A DNA stretch of 64,000 bases from Dehalococcoidia bacterium (GCA_965247055.1 CBDFGE010000004.1:199895-263894); one strand, 5' to 3'. Shown: positions 35,521 to 44,514, counted from the stretch's first letter. Made by a program: numbers and translations. The notes: generated from the sequence alone by a model not told the origin.

Positions 35521-36159
35521 CTACTGGATGACGGTCAAGGTGGTGCCGGTGCCATCGTCGCCGTCTGCCTCGTCGTGGTTGTCGCCGGACTCATATGTGT
35601 AGCTTGCGTGGGTCACGTCCGTCACCTCGAAGATCGTCGAAGGCGTGCCTGCGCCGATATTCTTCGAGTCTAGCGTGCAGGTCCCGTCCGCGGCCGTTGT
35701 ACAGGAGGTCTCTGGGTTGTTGCCGGCCTCGGTCCAGGTCCCAGTGACGCTGGCGCTTTCCACAGCCGCCTCATTGTCGTCGTGGACGGTAACTGTGACC
35801 AAGGCCTTCCAGTTGCCCTGGGTCACACCATCGAGGTCTCCCACGTGCATGTTCAGATCGGGTGGGCAGGGCGTGGTGAACCCCGAGAAGGAGCCCGTCG
35901 CCGTGAGCCCGTTAGGCGTGCTTATGACCACGCTCCCCGAGGTGACCCCGGTCACGGGAAGGGACAGCTCCCCCGTTATGGCCATGGTCTCCCCCGGGTC
36001 GAAGATGCCGGGTTGGAACAGGTCGGAGGTGGAGGTGAGGGACTTGGTCCACTTGCCCGAGCTGGGTGGGCTGGCGGTGGTGTAGGTGAGGCTCTGGGAT
36101 GCGTTGTTCCCCTGGGTAAGCTGGACGATATAGTATCTTAACGGCTGTCGCCCAGTATT
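35521..36159 (-). pseudogene. Start-less T/G/S-rich beta-type protein fragment (probable remnant)
   Basis: The track gives 154 aa from ATG 35985. By my translation the frame stays open upstream to 36159 (...YYIVQLTQGNNASQSLTYTTASPPSSGKWTKSLTSTSDLFQPGIFDPGET-MAITGELS...). That stretch has no ATG/GTG/SD and no signal peptide. It begins 14 nt after the kinase stop. Confidence 0.4.
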
Positions 36160-36172
36160 TCAAGCCACACAC

Positions 36173-37354
36173 CTACTCCGCGTCGGGCGACTCCTCGTTG
36201 TTGAGAAGGAAGAGGGCGGTCTGGACCTCGGTGGGCCGGGGTGTCCCCGGCGGAACTGGCACCCTGCCGCGGATGGTGGTCCCCAGGGAAGGCCGGGACT
36301 GGATGTCCAGGGTGCCCATGAGGCGTTCGGTCCTGTCCCTGAGGTTGACCAGCCCGAAATGGCCGGTGGCGGGGCTCTCCCTGGGATTAGCGACGTCGAA
36401 GCCGGTCCCGTCGTCGGCTATGGAGAAGGCCAGCTCCGAGTCGGCCCAGGTGAGGTCCACCCGGACCTTCTTGGCCTGGGCATGCTTTATGGCGTTGGCC
36501 ACCGCCTGGAGTACCACCCTGTAGACGCCGATCTCCACGTCCTCGGGCAGCCGCTGTCTGTCGAAGCCGGTGGTCCGCAGCTCCACCTCGAGGGGATAGG
36601 GGTTGGCGATGGTGTGGCTGGCGAGGTCGGTGAGGCTGGAGTTCAGGGCCACGGCCAGCCCTCGAAGGGTCAGGGCAGGGGGAAAGATCCCCTGGACGAT
36701 CTCCCTGAGGCGCCGGTCGGTAGCCCTGAGCCTTTCGCGGAGCTCGTCCAGCGACGCCTCCATCTCGGGGGAGATACGGGCCGCCTCGCGTTTCATGAAG
36801 CCCAGCTCCACGGCCATGCTGCCCATGTCGCCCATGGTCTCGTCATGAAGCTCGGCGGCGAGGCTCTTTCTCTCCTCCTCCCTGGCCACCTCGGCGGCGT
36901 CGAAGCGTTCGACACGCCGCATCCGGAAGCTGACCGTCCTGCTCAGCTCCCAGATGAAGATGAGGGCTATGGTGGGCTCCCGCCGGGCGAACTCCTGGAA
37001 GGCCTCGCGGCTGATCCTGAGGGCGGAGGAAGGGGTCGTGGCGATGACCCTGGCGCTACGGGGGAGATTGTCGAGGAAGGCCATCTCCCCGATGACGCTG
37101 CCGGGGTGCAGCACCGCCACCCGCATCCAGCTCTTCTCCGTGGGCACCAGGACCTCGACCTCTCCTTCCAGGAGGATGTAGAGAGACGTGTCCTGGGCGC
37201 CCTCGGCGATGAGCATCTCGCCGGTCGCGACGGGAAGGGTCTCTCCCCCGGAACGAAGGGTGAGGAAGTCCTGGGACGACATCTGCCCCAGGAACTGAGG
37301 TTCCCGTTCCGCGGTTTCTTGGCCTTGGGAGGAAAGGAACGTGGAGAAGTCCAT
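36173..37354 (-). CDS. Soluble sensor histidine kinase: CAP-type cNMP-binding domain + HisKA_3 + HATPase_c
   Basis: 393 aa with no TM segment. It contains LYILLEGEVEVLVP...GSVIGEMAFLDNLPRSARVIA (phosphate-binding cassette). The H-box is SLAAELHDETMG, and the N/G boxes are VVLQAVANAIKHA, DDGTGF, GHFGLVNLRDR. Confidence 0.85.
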   Translation of the reverse strand: MDFSTFLSSQGQETAEREPQFLGQMSSQDFLTLRSGGETLPVATGEMLIAEGAQDTSLYILLEGEVEVLVPTEKSWMRVAVLHPGSVIGEMAFLDNLPRSARVIATTPSSALRISREAFQEFARREPTIALIFIWELSRTVSFRMRRVERFDAAEVAREEERKSLAAELHDETMGDMGSMAVELGFMKREAARISPEMEASLDELRERLRATDRRLREIVQGIFPPALTLRGLAVALNSSLTDLASHTIANPYPLEVELRTTGFDRQRLPEDVEIGVYRVVLQAVANAIKHAQAKKVRVDLTWADSELAFSIADDGTGFDVANPRESPATGHFGLVNLRDRTERLMGTLDIQSRPSLGTTIRGRVPVPPGTPRPTEVQTALFLLNNEESPDAE

Positions 37355-37456
37355 AGAGCACCCCCTGGTACCTGGCCACCGGCATATCCTTGCGCCGGGG
37401 ACCTTCGATAAGGACGGTTTTCCCCTCTATTCCCTGCCGGCGCGTGAAGGGAACGG

Positions 37457-38152
37457 CTAGCCGTTCCCTTCGCGCTCCAGGACGTAGGGCGTGGCCGTGA
37501 TCTGGTTGATGAAGGCCTCCACGGCCTGGTTCCGCATGGTACTGCCTTCCTGCTCCGACAGCCCCAGCTTCTGGTATATGGATGCGGCGCACTCCTCCAC
37601 CTTCTGCCTGTCCAGGTGGAGGGTCTGGGCGATGTAGTCGTCGGCATACCCTTCCGCCATGACCTCGAGGACGTTGCGCTCGGTGGCATCGAGCTGGGCC
37701 AGGACTGACCTGGACTGGCGGACGTAGAGCCTGGCCAGCTTTTGCACGATACCCGGATCGAGGACCGTCTGGCCGTTGATTACCGCTTCGACGACCCGGA
37801 TCAGCTCGCCGATGTCGTCCAGGGAGTTTTTCAGGAGGTAGGCCTTTCGCTGAGGGCCATCTCTGAAAAGCTCGGAGACGAAGGTGAGGTCGTCGTAGGC
37901 CGAGATGATCACGATGGCGATGTTGGGATTGTTGGTTATCATCCTGTGGGCGGCCTCTATGCCGTCCATCTTTGGCATACGGACGTCGAGGACGGCAACG
38001 TCGGGGTTGAGGGCCAGCGCCTTCTCCAGGGCCTCCTCTCCGTCGGACGCGACCGCTACCACCTCGAAATTGTCCTGGGTTTCCAGTATCCTCTTGTATG
38101 CCGTTCGCATGAATTGGGAGTCGTCTGCTACTAGAATTCGAAGGTTAGCCAT
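37457..38152 (-). CDS. Response regulator, NarL/FixJ family (REC + LuxR-type HTH)
   Basis: ATG 38152 (MANLRILVADD) follows AGGAGG, so the track start at 38185 is probably too long. Motifs seen: DVAVLDVRMPKMDG and C-terminal LDATERNVLEVMAEGYADDYIAQTLHLDRQKVEECAASIYQKLG. Confidence 0.9.
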   Translation of the reverse strand: MANLRILVADDSQFMRTAYKRILETQDNFEVVAVASDGEEALEKALALNPDVAVLDVRMPKMDGIEAAHRMITNNPNIAIVIISAYDDLTFVSELFRDGPQRKAYLLKNSLDDIGELIRVVEAVINGQTVLDPGIVQKLARLYVRQSRSVLAQLDATERNVLEVMAEGYADDYIAQTLHLDRQKVEECAASIYQKLGLSEQEGSTMRNQAVEAFINQITATPYVLEREGNG

Positions 38153-38262
38153 GGGGAGCCTCCTGTGGCGGTTGCCGCCGGACAAGTCTATTTTAACGCT
38201 CGACGCCGGGAAATGTCGAGGTATACTTGCCTGGAGGTACAGCTACGGGGTTGGGGGCAGGG

Positions 38263-40014
38263 CTAGGGCTGGTCGGCACTCCAGGGGACCTCATAGATGT
38301 GCTGCCTCACCGCGAACCCCTTGAGCCGCCTCCAGCCCCGGTCCACACACTCGATGTCACTGCCCCCGTCCGTCAGCTTCCGGAACAGGTCGGAGACCAG
38401 GATCTGGCCGCCGGAGGCGAGGGCCATGATCCTGGAGGCCAGGACCACGGCGTTGCCGAAGAGGTCCCCTCCCTCCTGGATGGCCTCCCCCGCGTTGATC
38501 CCGATGCGGACCCTCAGCGGCCGGTCCGGTTATTCCGTGTTGTACTGTTGCAGGCGGCGCTGTATGTCGATGGCGCAGTTGGCCGCATCCAGCGGGTGGG
38601 GGAAGGCTATCATGAAGCCGTCTCCCATAGTCTTGACCTCTGTCCCCCGGTGCTGGGCCGACAGTTCCCGGACCAAATTGTTATGTACCCGCATAAGCTT
38701 CTGGTTCTCTTCATCTCCCAGCCGGTTTAGCTGCTCCGTTGAACCCTCCAGGTCGGTAAAGAGGATGCTCACCAGCTGCCCCCGGCTCTGGGACGGCTCC
38801 TGGAGCTCAAGGCTCTCTGGGGGCCTCGATTCTCCGAGGTGTCTTGCCACCTCCACGGTCCGCTGCTCCTGCTCCCGAGGCACCTCTGCCGCTGCCAGTG
38901 GGACGGCTGCCTTGAAGGAGGTTGTCGAGGAGTTGAGGAGATCGAATACACTGTCCGATGTGCGGGGGTCGCACATCCACCTGGCGAAAAGGCTCCTGTA
39001 TTTGGTATTGGTGTGCCGCAGCCGGCTGATGGTGCGGGCCGCGCTCTGCTTCGGGAGGGAGATGTTGAGGCGGCTCTCGTAGATATGGTCGTCCCGACCC
39101 ACCTCTGTCTCTTCAGTGGGATGGGCAAGCTCCCTGTCGATCCAACGGTAGACCGAGGAAGAGGCCAGGGCGTAGCGGTCGTGTCCTCGAACGACAAGCC
39201 CCTGGTCGGCCAGCTCTTCCAGGACTGCCTGGACGTTTACATACCAGGATTCCAGCTGCTCCCATTTCCAGTAGGTCCTCTGTCCGTCCTGCTGGCCGGC
39301 GAGGAGGGTCAGGAGGCTAAGGATGGTCTTATGCTTCTCTGACGAGTGCCGCCAGGAGCTCTCCAGGTGGGGGGTGGCGGCCTCGTGGAACCTGGCTTCG
39401 AGAGAGCCAAGCCGGCTGGCCTCCTCCGGGTCCCTCTGCCACTCCTCGTACAGCAGCTCGAAGCCCATGTGGACCAGGAAGGGCAGCGTTCCCGTCAGGG
39501 CCAGCACATGGGATACCTCGGTCTGGGAGAAGGTGACGCCCGTGCCAGGCAGATATTTCTCCAGCATCTCTTCGATGTCGGCCTGGGAGAAGGGACGAAG
39601 GACGATGTTCGTGAAGATGTTAAACCAGGGGGAGCTACGCATCTGTTCGGAGCGTGCCAGACTGACCAGATCGCCACGGGTTGACGTAACGAGGGCCAGA
39701 CCGTGGTGGGTAGCGAGGGAGCGTAGACCGTAGAGGAAATCGAGTCCGTAGTTGCTGTTGTTACCCACGTTCTGGAACTCGTCCAGCAGCGCGACTATGC
39801 GTAGGCCTAGACTGTCCACGGTATCGAATAGCAGAAGAGAGGTCTTCCCGGACCGGCGTGCTCCGACGATGGAGCAGCTGCCGAAGTCGGCTGCCCCCAG
39901 CAGGGAAAAGATCTCCCTCGTTTCATCCCTTCTCCCGACAAACCTCTGCGGCTCCGAGATAGGCCTGATGTAGGTGAAAGGATTAGGACTCGGCCCGGCC
40001 GTCTCCAGGTTCAA
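38263..40014 (-). pseudogene. P-loop NTPase (Arch_ATPase/ORC-like) - wHTH - class III nucleotide cyclase fusion, interrupted by an in-frame TAA
   Basis: NTPase motifs: NPFTYIRPISEPQRFVGRRDETREIF, GARRSGKTSLL, LLDEFQNVG. The cyclase reads VSILFTDLEGST...KTMGDGFMIAF...QQYNTE-TAA(38532-38530)-PDRPLRVRIGINAGEAIQEGGDLFGNAVVLASRIMALASGGQILVS. Track ORFs 38530-40344 and 38263-38448 are in the same frame. The likely start is TTG 40014 (GAGGAG 7 nt upstream). The Arg-rich 110 aa of the track ORF overlap the upstream gene and are rejected. Confidence 0.7.
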
Positions 40015-41917
40015 GGCCCATCTCCTCGTCCGAATCCGCCCCAGCCCCTTCCTCCGTCTCCCTCTCGGCTCTCTGACTAGGGGTCTCCAGCGGGTAGTCC
40101 GAGCTGCCCAGAGGCCTGGTCCGCACCGTCGGAGTATCGCCCTCCGCCGGTGTGCTGGCTTCGGTATCCACAGGCCGCTCCTCTTCCTCGAGTTCCGCGG
40201 CCTCAGAGTCGGCTGTCTCCGGTAACGTGGCGGTGGCTCCCATGTGCAGGGGCCGCTCCTCCTCGTCCTCCTCCCCCTCTTCCCGCTCCTCCGCGTAGTC
40301 GTGGACCTCGTCCGGAGACTCCACAGAGGCGGACCTGGTTTCATCGGGACTCTGGAGCTGGTCTACGTCGCCCCCATGTTCAGGCACGCCTTCCACGGCC
40401 TCCGACTCGGAGACGGATAGGTCGGGGAACCAGCGCCGCAGTAGGGCCTCGAGCCTCTGCCAGGAGGACTCATCGGCGGGATGCACGGCCACGAGTCCGA
40501 CTCCCCCACCGGGGCGGGAGCCGTCGGGCTGCTGCATCGAGTTTGGTGCGGAGGTCTCCATATCTCCGTCCACGCCCGGTCCGGGATAAACGCACCATGC
40601 CTCCTGTACTACGGTACCGTCTCGGCCCAGGGCGTCTCGGTAGGTGTGCAACCTGTCCAGGTCGTCGTGCCAGCTGCTTCGGGTGGTGTACTGCTTGAAC
40701 TTGACCTCGAAGACGTAGCCCTTGCCCTCGGACATCAAGAACACGGCGGGGTTGATGGGGTGGTAAACGCCATCGGCAGGGTTGATAAAGGTCTCGTCGA
40801 CGGTCTCACCGCTGTACAGCATGGTAACCAGGGCATCATCCGACTCCCGCCACAATTCCAGAACAGAGGGCTGCCCTTTAGGTAGCTCCAGGGTGAGCTT
40901 GGCATCCGCGTCCTCAAAGAACAGGGTGACCCTGTCCTTCACCAGAACGAACCCCAGGTTTTTGAGGATTTCGATGACCTTGAAGAACATCCAGTACTCG
41001 TAGAGGAGCCAGGTGCGCCGTAAGGGCAGCTTGAAGACAGGATTGCTCCAGTCGAAGTTGAAGATCCTGTCGTAGTAGCGGTAGATCTCATAGATCTGGT
41101 GATAGTAGGGTCTTCTGTGGAGGTTGGAGGCCTGGCCTATAGAGCCCATAGGGGATGAGTATTTCAGGAAAGCGTACTGGAGCAGCTCACTGACACCGTG
41201 CATCAGGGTTTCCGCGTCGACCCGTACCTGCTGCGCTCCCTGGACTTCCGCCAGATTGGAGATGGTGTTCAGGTCCCTGTGCATCGAGGAGAGGAACCGA
41301 CGAATGAACCGGTTCTCGTAGGTGTTGTAGTCCACCTGAACATGGGTCTCCGAAATCTGGGAAGGGAGATACTCCACCTGCTCACCGTTTTCATCTCTTC
41401 GGGAGAAGATCCCCCTGAGATTCGGAGCCAGGCTACTGTTGGGGGCGGCCTTCTCGAATCGGTGACTCCTGGGGTGGGACATCAGCCAGTTGATGGAGCC
41501 GGGGCCCGCTTTTCTGCTCATGCTGAAATCCACGAAGACCTTCTCTCGGGTGAGCTGCTGGTTGGGGCTCCGGTCTATAAGCTGGACGAGCCGGGCCAGT
41601 TGCTGGAAGATTCCCTCGCAGTACTCCAGGAGGCCGTGGAGGGATATGGCCCTGCGAGTTTCCACCGGCATGACGCCGTACTCGTCTTGGCTGTAGATAT
41701 CCCATGCCAGGCCGAAGCTGATCTGACGGACGTAGTCCACCATCGCGATGCGGTCCTCGGGGGACAATATCTTGGTCCAGTATCCCTCACGCTCGTAGAG
41801 GAACCGCTCGACGACTTCCCGGGGATACTCCAGGAGCATGTCCAGGCTTTCCACCCGGGGAGCGAGGGTTTCAAGGAGCTCTTCGGGGGTGCGTAATGCT
41901 TCTTCTAGCTCGGTCAT
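39983..41917 (-). CDS. McrC-like / DUF2357-type PD-(D/E)xK nuclease subunit with a long acidic C-terminal tail
   Basis: 644 aa. Motifs seen: NTYENRFIRRFL and RRTWLLYEYWMFFKVIEIL. The candidate D...ExK is in NPADGVYHP...GYVFEVKFKQY. The last ~146 aa are D/E-rich and disordered. Confidence 0.6.
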   Translation of the reverse strand: MTELEEALRTPEELLETLAPRVESLDMLLEYPREVVERFLYEREGYWTKILSPEDRIAMVDYVRQISFGLAWDIYSQDEYGVMPVETRRAISLHGLLEYCEGIFQQLARLVQLIDRSPNQQLTREKVFVDFSMSRKAGPGSINWLMSHPRSHRFEKAAPNSSLAPNLRGIFSRRDENGEQVEYLPSQISETHVQVDYNTYENRFIRRFLSSMHRDLNTISNLAEVQGAQQVRVDAETLMHGVSELLQYAFLKYSSPMGSIGQASNLHRRPYYHQIYEIYRYYDRIFNFDWSNPVFKLPLRRTWLLYEYWMFFKVIEILKNLGFVLVKDRVTLFFEDADAKLTLELPKGQPSVLELWRESDDALVTMLYSGETVDETFINPADGVYHPINPAVFLMSEGKGYVFEVKFKQYTTRSSWHDDLDRLHTYRDALGRDGTVVQEAWCVYPGPGVDGDMETSAPNSMQQPDGSRPGGGVGLVAVHPADESSWQRLEALLRRWFPDLSVSESEAVEGVPEHGGDVDQLQSPDETRSASVESPDEVHDYAEEREEGEEDEEERPLHMGATATLPETADSEAAELEEEERPVDTEASTPAEGDTPTVRTRPLGSSDYPLETPSQRAERETEEGAGADSDEEMGLEPGDGRAES

Positions 41918-42075
41918 ACTGGCTTTCGTGACCCTTTCAGAATCGCTGGTGTCAAGGGCAGCTAATATCGGGGCTCCTGGAGGGGTGGGCCCGGGCAGTT
42001 AGCTTATGCGGCTCTATCGGGCTGAGATGCCGGCCAGCCCGAATAGTGGAGGGTAGTCCGGGTGCTGGGAGTAGA

Positions 42076-43431
42076 GTCCCAGGAAGTGGTGTAACAAGAG
42101 GAGAGGGTCTGGATGAAGAGAGACCACCACGTCATCCTTAGCGGGCAAAGACGAGCCTGAGAAAGGAGGACAACGGTGGTCAAGGAAAGGATGGACCTGC
42201 TTGAGCTAATGCGCAAGAGGGGAGTCGACGGTGACGTGGACTTTCTACGAGAGGCACTGAGAGTGCTGGTCGAGGAGATCATGGAGGCTGATGTGTCATC
42301 GAGGACCGGTGCTGGGTATGGAGAACGCAACCCTGAGCGGGTGACCCAGCGCAACGGGTACCGGTCTCGAGCATGGGACACTCGCGTAGGGACCATGGAG
42401 TTGCAGATACCCAAGCTCAGAGAGGGAAGCTACTTTCCGAGCCTGCTGGAGCCACGGCGTCGCAGCGAGCGAGCTCTGCTGGCGGTGATCCAGCAGGCGT
42501 ATGTGGAGGGTGTATCGACGAGGCGAGTGGATGATCTGGTCAAGGCTCTTGGGTGCGAGGGTATCTCAAAGAGCCAAGTGTCGCGTATCTGCCAGGAGCT
42601 GGACGGGGTGGTGGAGAGCTTCCTGGGTCGGCCGCTGGACGGCGGATCATATCCCTACCTGTGGCTGGACGCACTAACCCAGAAGGTCAGAGAGGCCGGT
42701 AGGATAGTCAACGTCAGCGTGGTGGTGGCGACGGCGGTCAATAGCGAGGGCAAGCGTGAGATCGTTGGGATGGACGTGGGTACCAGTGAAGACGGCGCCT
42801 TCTGGCTGGCCTTCCTGCGCTCACTGGTCGCCAGGGGCCTGGGCGGGGTGGAACTGGTGGTATCGGACGCTCATCAGGGACTCAGGGATGCCATCGCAAC
42901 TGTCTTCGGTGGGGCCAGTTGGCAGCGGTGCCGCACCCACTTCATGACCAACCTGCTCACTCGGGTCCCCAGGAGCGCTCAGCCCTGGGTGGCCACCATG
43001 GTACGCACCATCTACCAGCAGCCGTCCCCTCAGGAGGTGCATGCCCAACTCGAGCGGGTGATTGCTCAGCTCCAGGACCCGTTCCCACAGGGCGCCTCTC
43101 GACTGGACGAGGCTGGACCCGACGTCCTGGCCTTCTCCAGCTTCCCCGTCGCCCACTGGAAGAAGATCTGGTCCAACAACCCCCTGGAGCGTCTCAACAA
43201 GGAGATACGGCGCCGCACCGATGTGGTGGGCATCTTCCCTAACCGCCCAGCTGTCCGTCGGCTGGTCGGCGCCGTCCTAGCTGAGCAGCACGACGAGTGG
43301 GCCGTCGGCCGTCGATACATGACACAGGAGGTAACCACCTCCAACGAAGCTCTACCCAGAGCCGAACTCGCAGAGGCAGCGGCCTAGACGATATCAACAG
43401 GATGACGTACTCTTACACCACTCTATGGGAC
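42076..43431 (+). mobile_element. IS256-family insertion sequence (~1.36 kb)
   Basis: The imperfect terminal repeats are GTCCCAggaAGTGGTGTAA (left, 42076-) and GTCCCAtagAGTGGTGTAA (reverse complement of the right end, -43431). A mutator-type transposase lies inside. No clean 8-9-bp target duplication is seen; a 6-bp GTGCTG lies at 42062-42067 and 43438-43443. Boundaries are +/- 8 nt. Confidence 0.7.
42176..43387 (+). CDS. IS256-family (mutator-type) transposase
   Basis: 403 aa with a GTG start after AGGAGG. Motifs seen: RNGYRSRAWDTRVGTMELQIPKLREGSYFPSLLEPRRRSERAL, YLWLDALTQKVRE, VVSDAHQGLRDAI, QRCRTHFMTNLL. Confidence 0.92.
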   Translation: MVKERMDLLELMRKRGVDGDVDFLREALRVLVEEIMEADVSSRTGAGYGERNPERVTQRNGYRSRAWDTRVGTMELQIPKLREGSYFPSLLEPRRRSERALLAVIQQAYVEGVSTRRVDDLVKALGCEGISKSQVSRICQELDGVVESFLGRPLDGGSYPYLWLDALTQKVREAGRIVNVSVVVATAVNSEGKREIVGMDVGTSEDGAFWLAFLRSLVARGLGGVELVVSDAHQGLRDAIATVFGGASWQRCRTHFMTNLLTRVPRSAQPWVATMVRTIYQQPSPQEVHAQLERVIAQLQDPFPQGASRLDEAGPDVLAFSSFPVAHWKKIWSNNPLERLNKEIRRRTDVVGIFPNRPAVRRLVGAVLAEQHDEWAVGRRYMTQEVTTSNEALPRAELAEAAA

Positions 43432-43446
43432 GTGACCGTGCTGTGC

Positions 43447-44514
43447 TTACTCATAGAAGGAGACAAAGCCGTCCTCCCTGACCCTGGCCAGCATCCGGGC
43501 GACTTTCTTGGCCGACCTATGGAACAGGCACTCCTCGTACGCTGCGGTGTCCAGAAGGTAGAGGTTGCTGATGGGGGCCGGCAACTCCTCGTAGTTCCCG
43601 AGAAGGAAATAGCTCAGGAGGTCCGAAAGCACCTTCTCCAGCTGCTCCCTGGTGCCGGACAACCTGGGGAGGACCTTCTGGAGGATCTGCATGTCCAGGG
43701 CTACATACTTCTCCAGCAGCCCCTCGGAGTTTGCCATGTACTTTAGGACTTCATCTCGAACCCTATAGGCGAACTGAAGGTTCCTCTGGACCAGAATCGA
43801 GTTGACGCCCTCCAGGGTGAACAGCACGTCCTCGTCCCATTCCGGCCCTCTGGACTTCAAGAACACATCGAATATCACCTGTCGCTCGGCCCAGGTAAAG
43901 TTGTCCTGGATGCTGCCACCACCGGGTTTGTCGAAGAGGTACACCTCGTTGAACTCGATGGTGTTGGCCCGGTCCAGCACCTTCTTGCTGAACAGGTAGG
44001 TGCTCTCGTCGACGTTCACCGTGCCGGTGATGAAGAGGTTGGGCGGCAGCTCGCCCGTCTCCATTTTGCTGAGGAAGTGGCTGAAATAATGCTCTACTTT
44101 GGCCAGGTTCATCTCGTCGAGGCAGACGAAGAAGGGCTCACTCCTCACGTCCGAAGACCACCTGTAGAATTTGGAGAAGGCGGTCTCGATCTGCCTCTCC
44201 TGAATGACGTTGTAGTAACCCAGAAGATAGGTGTCGTCGGTCCAGTCAGGGGACACGGGGACAAGCAGGTAGTGACCTGCGTCGGGACCGGAGAGGGCGC
44301 TCGCCACCAGCTGGGTCAGCCCGGTCTTGCCGGTGCCGCTGACACCGGTGAGAATTACGAAAGGCTTGGTCTTGAGGGAGACGTAGTAGTCGGCTACCAC
44401 TTCTCGAGTGAAGGTGAAACCCCGCTGCTGGACGTACTGGCAGATCCAGTTGAGCAGGTCCGCGTCAGTGCGGATTTGAAGTCTCGCCGTATCCTGGGCC
44501 CGCTCTACTACCAT
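43447..44514 (-). CDS. McrB-like AAA+ (AAA_5) GTPase subunit
   Basis: 355 aa. Walker A is PFVILTGVSGTGKTGL, Walker B is FFVCLDEMNLAKVEHYFS. The NxxD-like segment is ITGTVNVDESTYLFSKKVLDRANTIEF. Confidence 0.7.
   Translation of the reverse strand: MVVERAQDTARLQIRTDADLLNWICQYVQQRGFTFTREVVADYYVSLKTKPFVILTGVSGTGKTGLTQLVASALSGPDAGHYLLVPVSPDWTDDTYLLGYYNVIQERQIETAFSKFYRWSSDVRSEPFFVCLDEMNLAKVEHYFSHFLSKMETGELPPNLFITGTVNVDESTYLFSKKVLDRANTIEFNEVYLFDKPGGGSIQDNFTWAERQVIFDVFLKSRGPEWDEDVLFTLEGVNSILVQRNLQFAYRVRDEVLKYMANSEGLLEKYVALDMQILQKVLPRLSGTREQLEKVLSDLLSYFLLGNYEELPAPISNLYLLDTAAYEECLFHRSAKKVARMLARVREDGFVSFYE

Noticed and set aside
40015-40344. Arg-rich 110-aa N-terminal extension of track ORF 38530-40344.
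   Set aside because: It overlaps the acidic tail of the McrC-like gene in another frame, as its mirror-composition artefact. The Arch_ATPase family N-terminus (NPF...FVGR) starts right after TTG 40014, which has its own SD.
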